The notes under the pieces: model-generated
What the model was told of the DNA's origin: nothing
Database searches by the model: none
Seen by the model: the letters and a program-made list of their open reading frames with translations, nothing else
NCBI GenBank assembly: GCA_003538975.1
Contig: DPQQ01000007.1
Location: 17,408 to 81,407, forward strand
Source: Clostridiales bacterium
Lineage (GTDB): Bacteria; Bacillota; Clostridia; Christensenellales; Borkfalkiaceae
Length of the DNA: 64,000 nt
Direction of reading: 5' to 3'
Shown here: positions 27,261 to 37,011 of the stretch, piece after piece
How positions within the stretch are numbered: position 1 is the first letter of the stretch
Layout: each line of letters begins with the position of its first letter
Translations under genes and position numbers: made by a program

Positions 27261-27425
27261 ATGGCAACGAAAGGAGCAAGAAGCAAAATAACGCTCGTAT
27301 GTACGGAATGCAAACAGAGAAATTACGATACTTTCAAAAACAAAAAGAACGACCCCGACAGAATCGAGATCAAAAAGTATTGCAAATTCTGCCAGAAGCA
27401 TACCGTCCACAAGGAAGGTAAATAA
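27261..27425 (+). CDS. rpmG: 50S ribosomal protein L33
   Basis: [30 protein letters not shown]...[12 protein letters not shown] carries the zinc ribbon. It is below the ORF-track cutoff. RBS aggtgaag is present. Confidence 0.9.
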   Translation: MATKGARSKITLVCTECKQRNYDTFKNKKNDPDRIEIKKYCKFCQKHTVHKEGK

Positions 27426-27492
27426 TTAACGTTTATTTCGTTCCGTGAAGGGCGGACGAACCGACGAATTTATTCCGCCACGAGGTGCAAAA

Positions 27493-27801
27493 ATGGAAAA
27501 AGAAAAAAAACTCACGACCGACGCGGTTACGGCGAATTCTAAGGCCGACGAAATAACCACCGCAGACGAAAAGAAGAAAAAAGCTAATCAGAAAGCCGCT
27601 AAAAAGGCGAAAAAGAAAGGCGGTTTCGGTAAAAAAGTCAAAGACGTATTTTCCGAAATCAAACTTGTTTCGTGGCCGACTTTCGGTAAAGTCGTAAAAC
27701 AGACGGGTATAGTAATTCTCGTCGTAGTAGCGTTTTTGGCTTGTATCGCTTTATTCGACTGGCCGTTGAGCGTCCTTCTTAAAACTTTGACGAAAAACTG
27801 A
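27493..27801 (+). CDS. secE: Preprotein translocase subunit SecE
   Basis: A Lys-rich N-terminus is followed by a single TM helix (EIKLVSWPTF...GIVILVVVAFLACIALFD). It lies between rpmG and nusG. Confidence 0.85.
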   Translation: MEKEKKLTTDAVTANSKADEITTADEKKKKANQKAAKKAKKKGGFGKKVKDVFSEIKLVSWPTFGKVVKQTGIVILVVVAFLACIALFDWPLSVLLKTLTKN

Positions 27802-27813
27802 TTAAGGTGAGAT

Positions 27814-28386
27814 ATGGCTATCGAAGACAAGATTGAAGAAGCTAAATGGTACGTCATTCACACTTATTCGAGTTACGAAACGATGGTTAAGGACAACCTC
27901 GAAAAAATTATCGAAAACAACAATCTTCAGGATAAAATTTTCGAGATAGCGATCCCCACCGAAGAAACCATGGAAGAAAAGGCAAACGGCAAGAAGAAAA
28001 TTTTCGAAAGAAAAAAATTCCCCGCGTACGTCTTTTTGAAAATGATATTCTCGAACGATCTCTGGTACCTTATCACCAACATAAGAGGCGTTACCGGATT
28101 CGTAGGTCCCCAGGGCAGACCGATGCCGCTTACCGCGGACGAAGTTATGCGTTTAGGTCTTACCAAAGTCGCGGTCGACGTTGATTTCGAAGTCGGCGAC
28201 GACGTAACGGTTATGTCCGGTCCGCTCGAATCGTTCTCCGGTAAAATCGTCGAACTCAACGACCTTACGCAGAAAGCTAAGGTAAACGTCGTTATGTTCG
28301 GAAGAAGCACCGAAGTAGAACTCGATTACGTTCAGATCAAAAAGACTCCGAAGAACGTAGAAGTCGAAGAAAAGACGGAAGAATAA
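27814..28386 (+). CDS. nusG: Transcription termination/antitermination factor NusG
   Basis: The NGN domain WYVIHTYSSYE is present, followed by a KOW domain. Confidence 0.95.
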   Translation: MAIEDKIEEAKWYVIHTYSSYETMVKDNLEKIIENNNLQDKIFEIAIPTEETMEEKANGKKKIFERKKFPAYVFLKMIFSNDLWYLITNIRGVTGFVGPQGRPMPLTADEVMRLGLTKVAVDVDFEVGDDVTVMSGPLESFSGKIVELNDLTQKAKVNVVMFGRSTEVELDYVQIKKTPKNVEVEEKTEE

Positions 28387-28440
28387 ACCATAGAAATACG
28401 GTTATAAAATTACGAATTCCGACGCGTAAAAGCGTCGTTA

Positions 28441-28511
28441 TTTAGTGGGAGTAACGCCAAATCCAATTTACCGGCGTTACGTTATTCACCACGGCATGGA
28501 GGAAACACATT
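28441..28511 (+). promoter_or_regulatory. rplK leader carrying TTTAGTGGGAG ... CACggCATGGAGGA (candidate L1 autoregulatory site)
   Basis: The same motif pair recurs upstream of rplA at 28942. A terminator (gacgc-gtaaaa-gcgtc) precedes it. Confidence 0.4.
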
Positions 28512-28937
28512 ATGGCAAAGAAAGTTACTGCGATTGTCAAATTGCAATTACCCGCAGGCAAGGCGACCCCGGGCCCCCCGGTAGGTTCGACCTTAGGTCC
28601 TCACGGTATCAATATTCCCGGTTTCACTAAGGAATTCAACGCCAAGACGCAGGATCAGGCAGGACTTATAATCCCGGTCGTTATGACCATTTATCAGGAT
28701 CGTTCGTTCACGTTCGTATTAAAGACTCCGCCGGCAGCAGTTCTTATCAAAAAGGCTTGCGGCATTGCGAAGGCTTCGGGCGCACCGAACAAAAATAAGG
28801 TTGCCAAGATCACCAGAGCTCAGGTAGAAGAAATTGCCAAGACGAAGATGCCTGACATTAACGCTACTACCCTTGAAGCTGCCGCGAGCATGATCGCAGG
28901 TACTGCAAGAAGCATGGGCGTAGAAGTCGTAGACTAA
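28512..28937 (+). CDS. rplK: 50S ribosomal protein L11
   Basis: The protein begins [34 protein letters not shown]. Confidence 0.95.
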   Translation: MAKKVTAIVKLQLPAGKATPGPPVGSTLGPHGINIPGFTKEFNAKTQDQAGLIIPVVMTIYQDRSFTFVLKTPPAAVLIKKACGIAKASGAPNKNKVAKITRAQVEEIAKTKMPDINATTLEAAASMIAGTARSMGVEVVD

Positions 28938-28941
28938 TTGT

Positions 28942-28986
28942 TTTAGTGGGAGAGCACCGCTCGACAAGACCACATGGAGGATTTAA
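28942..28986 (+). promoter_or_regulatory. rplK-rplA intergenic copy of TTTAGTGGGAG ... CACATGGAGGA
   Basis: Direct comparison with the site at 28441. Confidence 0.4.
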
Positions 28987-29676
28987 ATGAAACACGGAAA
29001 AAAATATCTTGATAGCGCAAAAACTATCGACAGAACTAAATTATACGATGCAGGCGAAGCGTTGGATCTCGTAGTAAACGGTTCCAAAGCAAAATTCGAC
29101 GAAACGGTTGAACTTCACGTCAGACTCGGCGTTGATCCGAAACAGGCTGACCAGCAGGTCAGAGGCGTTATCGTCCTTCCCAACGGAACTGGCAAAACCG
29201 TAAGAGTTTTGGTTCTCGCAAAGGGTGAAAAGGCTGACATTGCCAAAGAAGCGGGCGCGGATTTCGTAGGCGCCGAAGAAATGGTTCAGAAAATTCAGAC
29301 CGAAAACTGGTTCGATTACGACGTAATCATCACGACTCCCGATATGATGGGCGTTGTTGGACGTATCGGTAAGATCTTAGGACCCAAGGGCTTAATGCCC
29401 AACCCCAAGTCCGGTACCGTTACCATGGACGTAGCCAAGGCTGTCAAAGACGCCAAAGCAGGTAAAGTCGAATACAGACTCGACAAGACCGCAATCATCC
29501 ACTGCATTATCGGTAAGAAGAGCTTCGGTAAAGAAAAACTTCTCGAAAACTATGAAGCGCTTATGGACGCGATCATCAAAGCAAAACCCGCTGCGGCTAA
29601 AGGTTTGTATGTAAAGAGCGTTGCTCTCGCAAGCACCATGGGCCCCGGCGTAAGAGTCGTTGCAAGACAGGCTTAA
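28987..29676 (+). CDS. rplA: 50S ribosomal protein L1
   Basis: The protein begins [12 protein letters not shown]... and continues as a full-length L1. Confidence 0.95.
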   Translation: MKHGKKYLDSAKTIDRTKLYDAGEALDLVVNGSKAKFDETVELHVRLGVDPKQADQQVRGVIVLPNGTGKTVRVLVLAKGEKADIAKEAGADFVGAEEMVQKIQTENWFDYDVIITTPDMMGVVGRIGKILGPKGLMPNPKSGTVTMDVAKAVKDAKAGKVEYRLDKTAIIHCIIGKKSFGKEKLLENYEALMDAIIKAKPAAAKGLYVKSVALASTMGPGVRVVARQA

Positions 29677-29795
29677 CGGCTTACCGGTCGTAAATAAATT
29701 CGTATATATTTTATAATATTTAATCATTATATAATATATAGACGGATTTATGCTTCGGCGAGAAATTATTATTCCGCCAAAACTGCGATAAACGA

Positions 29796-29824
29796 TTGAC
29801 AAACGCAAAGTTTGGTTATATAAT
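29796..29824 (+). promoter_or_regulatory. Perfect consensus sigma-A promoter TTGACA-N17-TATAAT for rplJL
   Basis: Exact hexamers with a 17-bp spacer. Confidence 0.6.
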
Positions 29825-30024
29825 TTATTGCGTAAAACGAAATAACCGCAGACAGCAGGTGAACGTAATGTTCTCAATATCCCGCCGAGGTAAACCTTAA
29901 GACTTAAAATTTAAGTCCCGTTGTCCTTGGCGTCAGCGGGACTTTCTTTTTCGTCCTAAGGGACATAAAATAAAAAACTTAACGGTTTAGTTACTTACGT
30001 TAAATAAAACAGGAGGTAAACACA
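29825..30024 (+). promoter_or_regulatory. rplJ (L10) leader, with attenuator-like hairpin gtcccg-ttgtccttggcgtcag-cgggac + tttcttttt
   Basis: The position and structure fit the Firmicute L10-leader autoregulatory RNA. No covariance-model search was run. Confidence 0.55.
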
Positions 30025-30525
30025 GTGTCGGCAAATATCGAACTTAAAAAAGAAGTCGTTGCTTCCATTTCGGAAAAGATCAAGAATTCCAAATCGGTAG
30101 TTCTCGTTCATTTCCACGGACTTACGGTTGCGGAAGACACCGCTATAAGAAACGAATTCAGAAAAGCGGAAGTAGAATATAAAGTCTACAAGAACACGCT
30201 CGTAAGAAAGGCATTCGATCTTCTCGGTATCAACAATTTCGACAACGACCTTAACGGACCTACCGCCGTTGCTTTCGGCAATGACGAAACGGGCGCTGCA
30301 AAGCAGGTTGTCGAAGCAGCTAAAAAATATGCGGACAAAGTAAACGTAAAGAGCGGTTATATCGCAGGCGAATACGAAGACGAAGCTGGCGTTAAAAAGT
30401 ACGCGGCTATTCCCTCGAAACCCGAACTTTACTCTATGCTTGCCGGAACCCTTTCGAACTTCACGAGAGGACTTGCAGTCGCGATCAAGGCGGTTGCGGA
30501 CAAACAAGCCGAAGCTCAGGCTTAA
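30025..30525 (+). CDS. rplJ: 50S ribosomal protein L10
   Basis: GTG start. The protein begins MSANIELKKEVVASISEKIKNSKSVVLVHFHGLTVAE. Confidence 0.95.
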   Translation: MSANIELKKEVVASISEKIKNSKSVVLVHFHGLTVAEDTAIRNEFRKAEVEYKVYKNTLVRKAFDLLGINNFDNDLNGPTAVAFGNDETGAAKQVVEAAKKYADKVNVKSGYIAGEYEDEAGVKKYAAIPSKPELYSMLAGTLSNFTRGLAVAIKAVADKQAEAQA

Positions 30526-30572
30526 TTCGGGCTGAAATAATTTTAATTTAAGAATTTAAGGAGAACAAAATC

Positions 30573-30941
30573 ATGGCAGATATCAATAAGATGATCGAAG
30601 AGATCAAAGGTATGACCGTCGTTGAACTTAACGACTTAGTAAAAGCTATCGAAACCGAATTCGGCGTAAGCGCGGCTGCTCCCGTAGCGGTTGCAGGCGT
30701 TGCTGCTGCAGCAGCTCCCGCTGAAGAAGAAAAGACCGAATTCAAAGTAAGCATCAAGAGCGCAGGCGCTAACAAGATCGCAGTTATCAAAGCTGTAAGA
30801 GAATTCACCGGCCTCGGACTCGTTGAAGCTAAACAGCTCGTTGAAAAACTCGGCGTAATCAAAGAAAACGCTTCCAAGGAAGAAGCGGCTAAGATCGCTG
30901 ACGCTTTAAAGGCGGCAGGCGCAGAAGCGGCTATCGACTAA
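30573..30941 (+). CDS. rplL: 50S ribosomal protein L7/L12
   Basis: The protein begins [27 protein letters not shown], with an Ala-rich hinge. Confidence 0.95.
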   Translation: MADINKMIEEIKGMTVVELNDLVKAIETEFGVSAAAPVAVAGVAAAAAPAEEEKTEFKVSIKSAGANKIAVIKAVREFTGLGLVEAKQLVEKLGVIKENASKEEAAKIADALKAAGAEAAID

Positions 30942-30967
30942 TTCGATTATTTAATTTAAGTAACCGT

Positions 30968-31005
30968 AATCCCGCGTGGCATAATAGCCATGCGGGATTT
31001 TGTTT
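30968..31005 (+). terminator. Rho-independent terminator (aatcccgcgtggc-ataat-agccatgcgggatt-ttgttt)
   Basis: Long near-perfect stem plus a T-run. Confidence 0.85.
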
Positions 31006-31257
31006 ACGGTAAAAACCATTAAAACCGAACGCGATAAAACGGTGTCGTATTTTGTTATTATCTTGAAAAAATGTCCTTATAAGAGCGATATAAAAGAGTT
31101 AAAAACGAAAATAATTTGAATATACGTTGACATTAGGGTAGTTTTATTATAAAATTATTATAGTATTTAAATAACAAAATATTTACGGTAATAAACGGAC
31201 GGGCGGTTTAAAAATAAAACCTTCCGGCCGGAATATATCCTTATACAGGAGAAAGAA

Positions 31258-32220
31258 ATGAAAAAGTTTATCACAAAATTACTCGTTCTCGTAACGGCTG
31301 TAGTTTGCTGCTGCTCTTTCGCTGCATGCAAAACTACCGAGCCGACTTCCGTAGCTACGGTCAAGGTAACCGTTTATAAGGGCGCAGGCGCAAGCGAAGA
31401 AGTAACCTTAAAATTCGACCTTTACAAAAAACTTGCCCCCAAAAGCGTAGAAAAGATTACAGCCGCAGCCAACAGCGGTTACTATGACAATATGTTTTTC
31501 TACGAAGCCGCAACCAAGGCGGGTTCGAGCTTTACGGGCGTTAAAGCATTCGGCGAAGTCAAATACGTAAACGGCAAGGTAACTCTTACCGGTGCGGATG
31601 AAAACGGCGAAATCGTAGTAGGCAATCAGGACGTTGAAAACAACCGCTATATTCCCGGAGAATTTGCCAACGGCGGCACCGTAGGTTCCGATAAAGAAGC
31701 CAAGATCGGCAGCGTTCTCGTATGGCACTGGGGCGAAGCGAACGAAAGCGGCACTCTCAGTCAGTCGCAGTTCAATACCGGATACGAATATACTTCCGAT
31801 TTCGGTATGCTTATGATCCCGACCGTTTCAGGTCAGTTCAAAGATACCGAAAACGGTTCCACCACCGTTACCGTTGCGGGCGACGTTCAGGACGACTATA
31901 AGGACGCATTGAGACTTATTCTCGGCTTAACCGTAGACAGCGAATCTTACGACAACTACGATTCCGAAAATATGGAAACTTATCATATTTTCTATTCGCT
32001 CGAAACCGCTGCGGACGGAACCAAAACGCTTGTCAAAAAGCTCCTTACCGCCGACGAATACGAAGACCTTACGCAGGAAGATCTCGACAAGATTTATAAT
32101 CCGCTCGATAAGGATATGGTTATCGCGGGTTACGACTATTCCAAGTATCAGGAAAGAACGGTAAAAGCTCCCAAGTATGAATACAGAATCGTTATAAACT
32201 CCGTAACCGTAAAGAAATAA
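31258..32220 (+). CDS. Lipoprotein, possibly cyclophilin-like (320 aa)
   Basis: The lipobox reads VVCCCSFAAC. LYKKLAPKSVEKITAAANSGYYDNMFFY loosely resembles the cyclophilin ...APKTVENF...GY...FHR core. Confidence 0.5.
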   Translation: MKKFITKLLVLVTAVVCCCSFAACKTTEPTSVATVKVTVYKGAGASEEVTLKFDLYKKLAPKSVEKITAAANSGYYDNMFFYEAATKAGSSFTGVKAFGEVKYVNGKVTLTGADENGEIVVGNQDVENNRYIPGEFANGGTVGSDKEAKIGSVLVWHWGEANESGTLSQSQFNTGYEYTSDFGMLMIPTVSGQFKDTENGSTTVTVAGDVQDDYKDALRLILGLTVDSESYDNYDSENMETYHIFYSLETAADGTKTLVKKLLTADEYEDLTQEDLDKIYNPLDKDMVIAGYDYSKYQERTVKAPKYEYRIVINSVTVKK

Positions 32221-32237
32221 AATTGAATAAAAGCATA

Positions 32238-32266
32238 AAAGGCTCGCTTTCTGCGAGCCTTTTTTA
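32238..32266 (+). terminator. Rho-independent terminator (ggctcgc-tttct-gcgagcc-tttttt)
   Basis: Perfect stem plus a T-run. Confidence 0.85.
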
Positions 32267-32345
32267 CTGTCTCTTAAAAATTTTTTGTATATTAAAGTAC
32301 TGTTACGGCAATAATTATTCCGTAAAAATCAAACGGAGAATTTGT

Positions 32346-32663
32346 ATGAAAACTTCCGGGAATTATATAAAAGACTACTATTTGAACGTGCAGAAAAAAG
32401 GAGAGTATCTGAATTGGGACTCGGCTCCCGACGCTTTCGAGCCGAAAGCGTTTTGCGGGTTAAGGGCGGCGGTGCTCGGCGATAGCGAGTTCCGCTCGGT
32501 AAAAAAAGAAATAAACTTTATGATTTACCGTCTTTTGAAGAACGGAAAGAAAAAGGAAGCCGCGCTTAAAAAGGAGATAGCTGCGTTAAAAACCGAAAAC
32601 GCAGAATTAAAGCAAAAAATCAGCGACTTGAACGGCGAAAACGGCGACTCGCAAATGGCTTAA
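32346..32663 (+). CDS. Hypothetical coiled-coil protein (105 aa)
   Basis: The internal ATG has an RBS aaacggag. The C-terminal heptad segment reads KKEIAALKTENAELKQKISDL. Confidence 0.5.
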   Translation: MKTSGNYIKDYYLNVQKKGEYLNWDSAPDAFEPKAFCGLRAAVLGDSEFRSVKKEINFMIYRLLKNGKKKEAALKKEIAALKTENAELKQKISDLNGENGDSQMA

Positions 32664-32712
32664 AAACCGAATAAAAATTGACTACTCGCAAAAAAGCGGA
32701 TATAATATAGGT

Positions 32713-33858
32713 ATGAAAGAAATTTACCTTGACAATTCCGCAACCACGCCGCTTTCGGAAGAAGTTCTTGCGGCGATGACTCCGTATCTTACGGGGAATT
32801 TCGGCAACCCGGACAGTCTTCATTCTTACGGGCGTTCGGCAGTCAAAGCCGTTGACGAAGCGAGAGATCTTATTGCGGAATGTCTGCATGCGAAATCAAA
32901 CGAAATATATTTTACGTCGGGAGCGACCGAGAGTGATAACTGGGCGCTTAAAGGAACGCTCGCCGCGAGTAAAAAGGGCAAGCACGCTCTCGTAAGTTCG
33001 ATAGAACATCCCGCGCTTATCAAACCCGCAAACTATCTTAAAACCCGCGGCTATGATATAGATTTTATTCCCGCCGACAAAAGCGGAATAATAGACGTAG
33101 ACTTCTTAAAAAGATCCGTCCGGGGCGATACCGTCATAGTCTGCTGCATGACCGCAAATAACGAAATCGGAACGATTCAGCCGGTGGACGAAGTGGTTAA
33201 AGCCGCAAAATCCGTAGGAGCTTACGCCATGACGGACGCCGTGCAGGCGGTAGGTGCGCTCGATATATCGGTAGATAAGACCGGGGTGGATATGCTTTCG
33301 CTCTCCGCGCATAAGTTTTACGGCCCTAAAGGCGTTGGGCTTTTATACGTGAAAACGGGAGTGAAAATCGATCCGCTTGTCGAAGGCGGCGAGCAGGAGC
33401 GAAAAAAACGCGGCGGCACGACAAACGTCGCGGGGGTTGTAGGTATGTCGGTTGCTTTAAAAAGAGCGATCGACGACAGAGAAGTCAATTCGGCTAAAAT
33501 TTTAGCCTTGCGCGAACGCTTTGTAGACGAAGTTCTGTTTGGCATAAGCGGCGTAAAGTTAAACGGCGACAGAGAAAAAAGGCTGCCGCTCAACGCTGAC
33601 TTTTCGTTCGAAGGAGTAAACGGCGAAGCTCTTTTATATAATCTCGATTTGGCGGGGATAGCCGCTTCTAACGGTTCGGCATGTTCTTCCGGTACGGTGG
33701 AGCCGTCGCACGTTTTGTCCGCAATAGGACTGAGCGCAAAAGAAGCTTCGTCTTCCGTACGGTTCACGTTTGGCAAAAACAACACGGCAGAAGAAGTGGA
33801 TTTCGCCGCAAAAACGCTTAAAACATGCGTAGAAAGGCTAAGAAATCTGCAAAAATAA
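32713..33858 (+). CDS. Cysteine desulfurase (NifS/IscS-type)
   Basis: The protein begins IYLDNSATTP. SAHKFYGPKGVGLLYV carries the PLP lysine. SSGSAC provides the active-site cysteine. Confidence 0.9.
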   Translation: MKEIYLDNSATTPLSEEVLAAMTPYLTGNFGNPDSLHSYGRSAVKAVDEARDLIAECLHAKSNEIYFTSGATESDNWALKGTLAASKKGKHALVSSIEHPALIKPANYLKTRGYDIDFIPADKSGIIDVDFLKRSVRGDTVIVCCMTANNEIGTIQPVDEVVKAAKSVGAYAMTDAVQAVGALDISVDKTGVDMLSLSAHKFYGPKGVGLLYVKTGVKIDPLVEGGEQERKKRGGTTNVAGVVGMSVALKRAIDDREVNSAKILALRERFVDEVLFGISGVKLNGDREKRLPLNADFSFEGVNGEALLYNLDLAGIAASNGSACSSGTVEPSHVLSAIGLSAKEASSSVRFTFGKNNTAEEVDFAAKTLKTCVERLRNLQK

Positions 33859-33981
33859 AGTTTTTCCTCGCAAAAAAGCGGTAAAAACAACATAAAAACA
33901 CTGCATAATAAATAAAAATTTACGCATACTGATATTGCCGGGAACCGAAAATAAAGACTGAAAATCCGGCAAAGGGGAAGT

Positions 33982-34149
33982 ATGGAAAGTAAATTTTGTT
34001 TAGGGTTAGCCCTCGGGATGCTCGGAGGCGCGCTTGTAATAGCCAATTCGCAAAAGGCTAAAAAAGCCGTGACCACTGCGCAGAATAAAATTCTCGATAA
34101 AATTACCGAACTCAAAAACAAAACTTCGGAACAATCGGAGGAAGAATAA
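33982..34149 (+). CDS. Hypothetical 55-aa protein with a hydrophobic N-terminus
   Basis: RBS aaagggga is present. The protein begins MESKFCLGLALGMLGGALVIANSQKAKKAV. It is below the ORF-track cutoff. Confidence 0.35.
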   Translation: MESKFCLGLALGMLGGALVIANSQKAKKAVTTAQNKILDKITELKNKTSEQSEEE

Positions 34150-34232
34150 CTTTTCCGAGGCGGTTTTATAAAGATAAAATCATATAAAAGGCAAACCGAC
34201 TTAAAACAGAATAAATAAGGGAGTTCCCTTAA

Positions 34233-34265
34233 AAACGTCTCCGCCGTCCGCGGAGACGTTTTTAA
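34233..34265 (+). terminator. Rho-independent terminator (aaacgtctccgc-cgtc-cgcggagacgttt-tt)
   Basis: Perfect 13-bp stem. Confidence 0.8.
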
Positions 34266-34380
34266 GAGTAAGCAAAATCCTTATGAAAAAAAGGAATTAA
34301 AACTTAACTTTACGATAATAAAAAACGCGTAAGCCGAAAAAAATATTGAAATTCCGTTTTATATATGTTATACTTTAATC

Positions 34381-35187
34381 GTGGACAGATTTATAGCCTT
34401 TGATTTGGGCGAAAAAAGAATAGGCGTAGCGGTGTCGGATCCTTTCAACAAATACGCTTTGCCGATGAGTACTTATCATCGCAAAAACTTAAAGACAGAC
34501 CTTGCCGCCCTTAAAAAGCTGATCGAAGAAAAGCGCGCCACCGCCATAGTATGCGGGCTCCCCGTGAATTTCGACGGAACCGAGAGCATACAGACCGACC
34601 GGGCGAAGTTCTTTATCGAAAAACTTAAAGAAGTTACCGGTTTACCCGTTTACACGGTGGACGAAAGGTGTACTTCGATCGAAGCGCACGAAACGCTAAA
34701 AGAAGAAAATTATTCTTACAAAGAGAGTATGCGGTATGTGGACACGCTTGCCGCCACGCTTATTTTGGAAGATTATTTAAATAACAATTATAAAAAGGAG
34801 CAAAAAATGGAAGAGAAGGAAAAAACTACCGGTTGCTGCGACTGCGGCGAAGACGATTGCGACTGCTGCGACGAAGAAGCTATATATCTCGAATCCGACG
34901 ACGGAAGCAAGATTAAATGCTACTACTTGGGCGACCTTGAACACAAAGGCAAAAACTACGTTGCGTTCCAGACCGCAGAACCCGTCGAAGGCGAAGAAGA
35001 AGGCTGCGTTTATATTTACGAAGATTTAGGCGGAGACGAAGAAATGAATCTTGCGCCCATAACGGACGACGCGCTTTTAGACGAAGTTTACGAAGCGTTT
35101 TGCGAATCTTTCGACGAAGACGACGAATGTGACGGTTGCGAAGAAGAATCCTGCGATTGCTGCGATCATAACCACGACCACGAATAA
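34381..35187 (+). CDS. ruvX: In-frame fusion of Holliday-junction-resolvase-like RuvX/YqgF with a DUF1292 (YrzB-like) domain; the DUF1292 part is flanked by Cys/Asp/Glu-rich tracts
   Basis: The GTG start gives MDRFIAFDLGEKRIGVAVSD. There is no stop after LILEDYLNN. An internal AAGGAG-N7-ATG (MEEKEKTT) sits at the domain boundary. The tracts read GCCDCGEDDCDCCDEE and CDGCEEESCDCCDHNHDHE. Confidence 0.8.
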   Translation: MDRFIAFDLGEKRIGVAVSDPFNKYALPMSTYHRKNLKTDLAALKKLIEEKRATAIVCGLPVNFDGTESIQTDRAKFFIEKLKEVTGLPVYTVDERCTSIEAHETLKEENYSYKESMRYVDTLAATLILEDYLNNNYKKEQKMEEKEKTTGCCDCGEDDCDCCDEEAIYLESDDGSKIKCYYLGDLEHKGKNYVAFQTAEPVEGEEEGCVYIYEDLGGDEEMNLAPITDDALLDEVYEAFCESFDEDDECDGCEEESCDCCDHNHDHE

Positions 35188-35378
35188 TCAAATAAAATGC
35201 CGTTCCTTTTCGGGAGCGGCTTTTTATTTTGCTTTTTTAGTAGCAGTGAATACCGGCGAAAATATTATAAAATTTACGGTAAACAATTATCTACCGCCGA
35301 AAAACGTTTTGTCAAAACAAAAAACGGTGTTATGATATATTCAAAATTATCGCAAGACTATTCAGGAAAACGATTGAT

Positions 35379-36770
35379 ATGCAAAAAACCGACGCTAAAA
35401 AAATGATGGTCGAAGGACCGCTTTTTAAAAATATTCTGCTGTTTTCGATACCGCTTATATTTTCACAGGTATTGCAGGTATTGTTCAATATGGCGGACGT
35501 CGCCGTCGTCGGAAAGTTTTCGGGCGATATTCCGCTCGGCGCGGTCAGTTCGACTTCTACTCTCGTAGTGCTTCTTACCGGTTTTCTGATAGGTCTCGGC
35601 AGCGGCATAAACGTTAAAATAGCGCAGTATTACGGAGCGAAAAAGGAAGAGGACGTAAAACAAACCGTTTCGACTTCGTTTATAATTTCCGTAGTCGCTG
35701 GCTTTATAATTTTAATCGCAACGTTCTTCTTCGGCAGATTCTTTCTCGAAGTATTAAAAACGGACGAGAAACTTATCGACAAAGCCACGCTTTATCTTAA
35801 AATATATGCTTTCGGCATGCCTGCTCTCGGAATATTCAACTTCGGCAACGGCGTTTTGTCGGCTACCGGCGATACAAAAAGACCGCTTGTATATCTTACG
35901 ATTGCGGGCGTACTCAATATAGGGCTTAACTTCTTTTTCGTTCTCGTATTCAAAATGGACGTCGACGGGGTGTCGCTTGCGAGTATTATTTCGCAATACG
36001 TTTCGGCGGCTCTCGTAATTATCAGAATGATAAAAATAAAAACCTGCTACAAGCTCGACTTCAAAGATTTCGTGGTAAGCGGTAAAAAAACGCTCGAAGT
36101 TTTATATCTCGGTATTCCGGCGGGTATACAGAACGCAATCTTTTCGATAGCGAATTTATTTATTCAGGGCGCCGTAAACTCTTTCTCGACCGACGTTATT
36201 TCGGGCGTAGGCGCGGCTATGAACGCCGATACCATAATTTATAACGTAATGGGCGCGTTTTATACGGCGTGTTCGTCGTTCATCGGACAGAATTACGGTG
36301 CGGGGAACAAGGACAGAATGCTCAAAAGCTACTTTATATGTACTTTTTACTCTTTTATGATCGCGCTTATTTTAGGAGCGTTTTTGTTCTTCAAGGGTGA
36401 TTTGTTCTTAAGAATATTTACCGATACTCCCGCCGTTATAGAAGCCGGTATGGAAAAAATAAGAATAATGGCGTTTGCATTCAGCGTTTCGGCGTTTATG
36501 GACTGCACGATAGCGGCTTCGAGAGGAATCGGCAAAACTCTCGCTCCGACCATTATAGTTATTTTAGGTTCGTGCGTTTTCAGAGTGATATGGATATTTA
36601 CCGTGTTTGCGCACTTTAAAACGCTTACGTCGCTCTTCCTTTTATATCTGTTCTCGTGGGCGATTACCGCCGTTGCGGAAATTATTTACTTTATAATAGC
36701 TTTCAGAAAAACTTCGTGTTCGCTTAAAACCGCAGATACCGGGAATACGGATACACCCGTAGCGGCGTAA
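35379..36770 (+). CDS. MATE family efflux transporter
   Basis: Twelve TM helices in two 6-TM halves, with the NorM-type N-terminus PLFKNILLFSIPLIFSQVLQ. Confidence 0.9.
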   Translation: MQKTDAKKMMVEGPLFKNILLFSIPLIFSQVLQVLFNMADVAVVGKFSGDIPLGAVSSTSTLVVLLTGFLIGLGSGINVKIAQYYGAKKEEDVKQTVSTSFIISVVAGFIILIATFFFGRFFLEVLKTDEKLIDKATLYLKIYAFGMPALGIFNFGNGVLSATGDTKRPLVYLTIAGVLNIGLNFFFVLVFKMDVDGVSLASIISQYVSAALVIIRMIKIKTCYKLDFKDFVVSGKKTLEVLYLGIPAGIQNAIFSIANLFIQGAVNSFSTDVISGVGAAMNADTIIYNVMGAFYTACSSFIGQNYGAGNKDRMLKSYFICTFYSFMIALILGAFLFFKGDLFLRIFTDTPAVIEAGMEKIRIMAFAFSVSAFMDCTIAASRGIGKTLAPTIIVILGSCVFRVIWIFTVFAHFKTLTSLFLLYLFSWAITAVAEIIYFIIAFRKTSCSLKTADTGNTDTPVAA

Positions 36771-36808
36771 AAAGTACGCTTAAAAATTTTGCAAATTTAA
36801 ATTCACGC

Positions 36809-37011
36809 TTGACAATAAAAGCTTCATATGATAAAATCGTCTTAGTTTATGGGGAGTAGCCGGCGAAGCGCGATTTAACCCTATATAAAAAGCTTCGCGA
36901 TTAAATCGCTAACACGGGCGTTACGCCCCGGTTTAATTTTAAATGGCGAGACCGTACCGTTTTTTCGGTATGGTCTTTTTTATTTATACGGCTTTCCCTC
37001 AAGGAGGAAGA
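36809..37011 (+). promoter_or_regulatory. Promoter (TTGACA-N17-TAAAAT) and about 170-nt structured leader with intrinsic terminator (gaccgtaccg-ttttttc-ggtatggtc-tttttt) ending 30 nt before oadB
   Basis: Hexamers and hairpins read directly. The arrangement looks like a riboswitch or attenuator. The class was not identified. Confidence 0.5.

Noticed and set aside
28445-28630. 61-aa + strand ORF overlapping the rplK start
   Set aside because: It is an out-of-frame overlap with L11, which has unmistakable homology.
33318-34121. 267-aa minus-strand ORF overlapping the 3' half of the cysteine desulfurase gene
   Set aside because: It is antisense to a high-confidence gene. Its Ser/Pro/Ala-rich low-complexity translation is typical of GC-skewed antisense frames.
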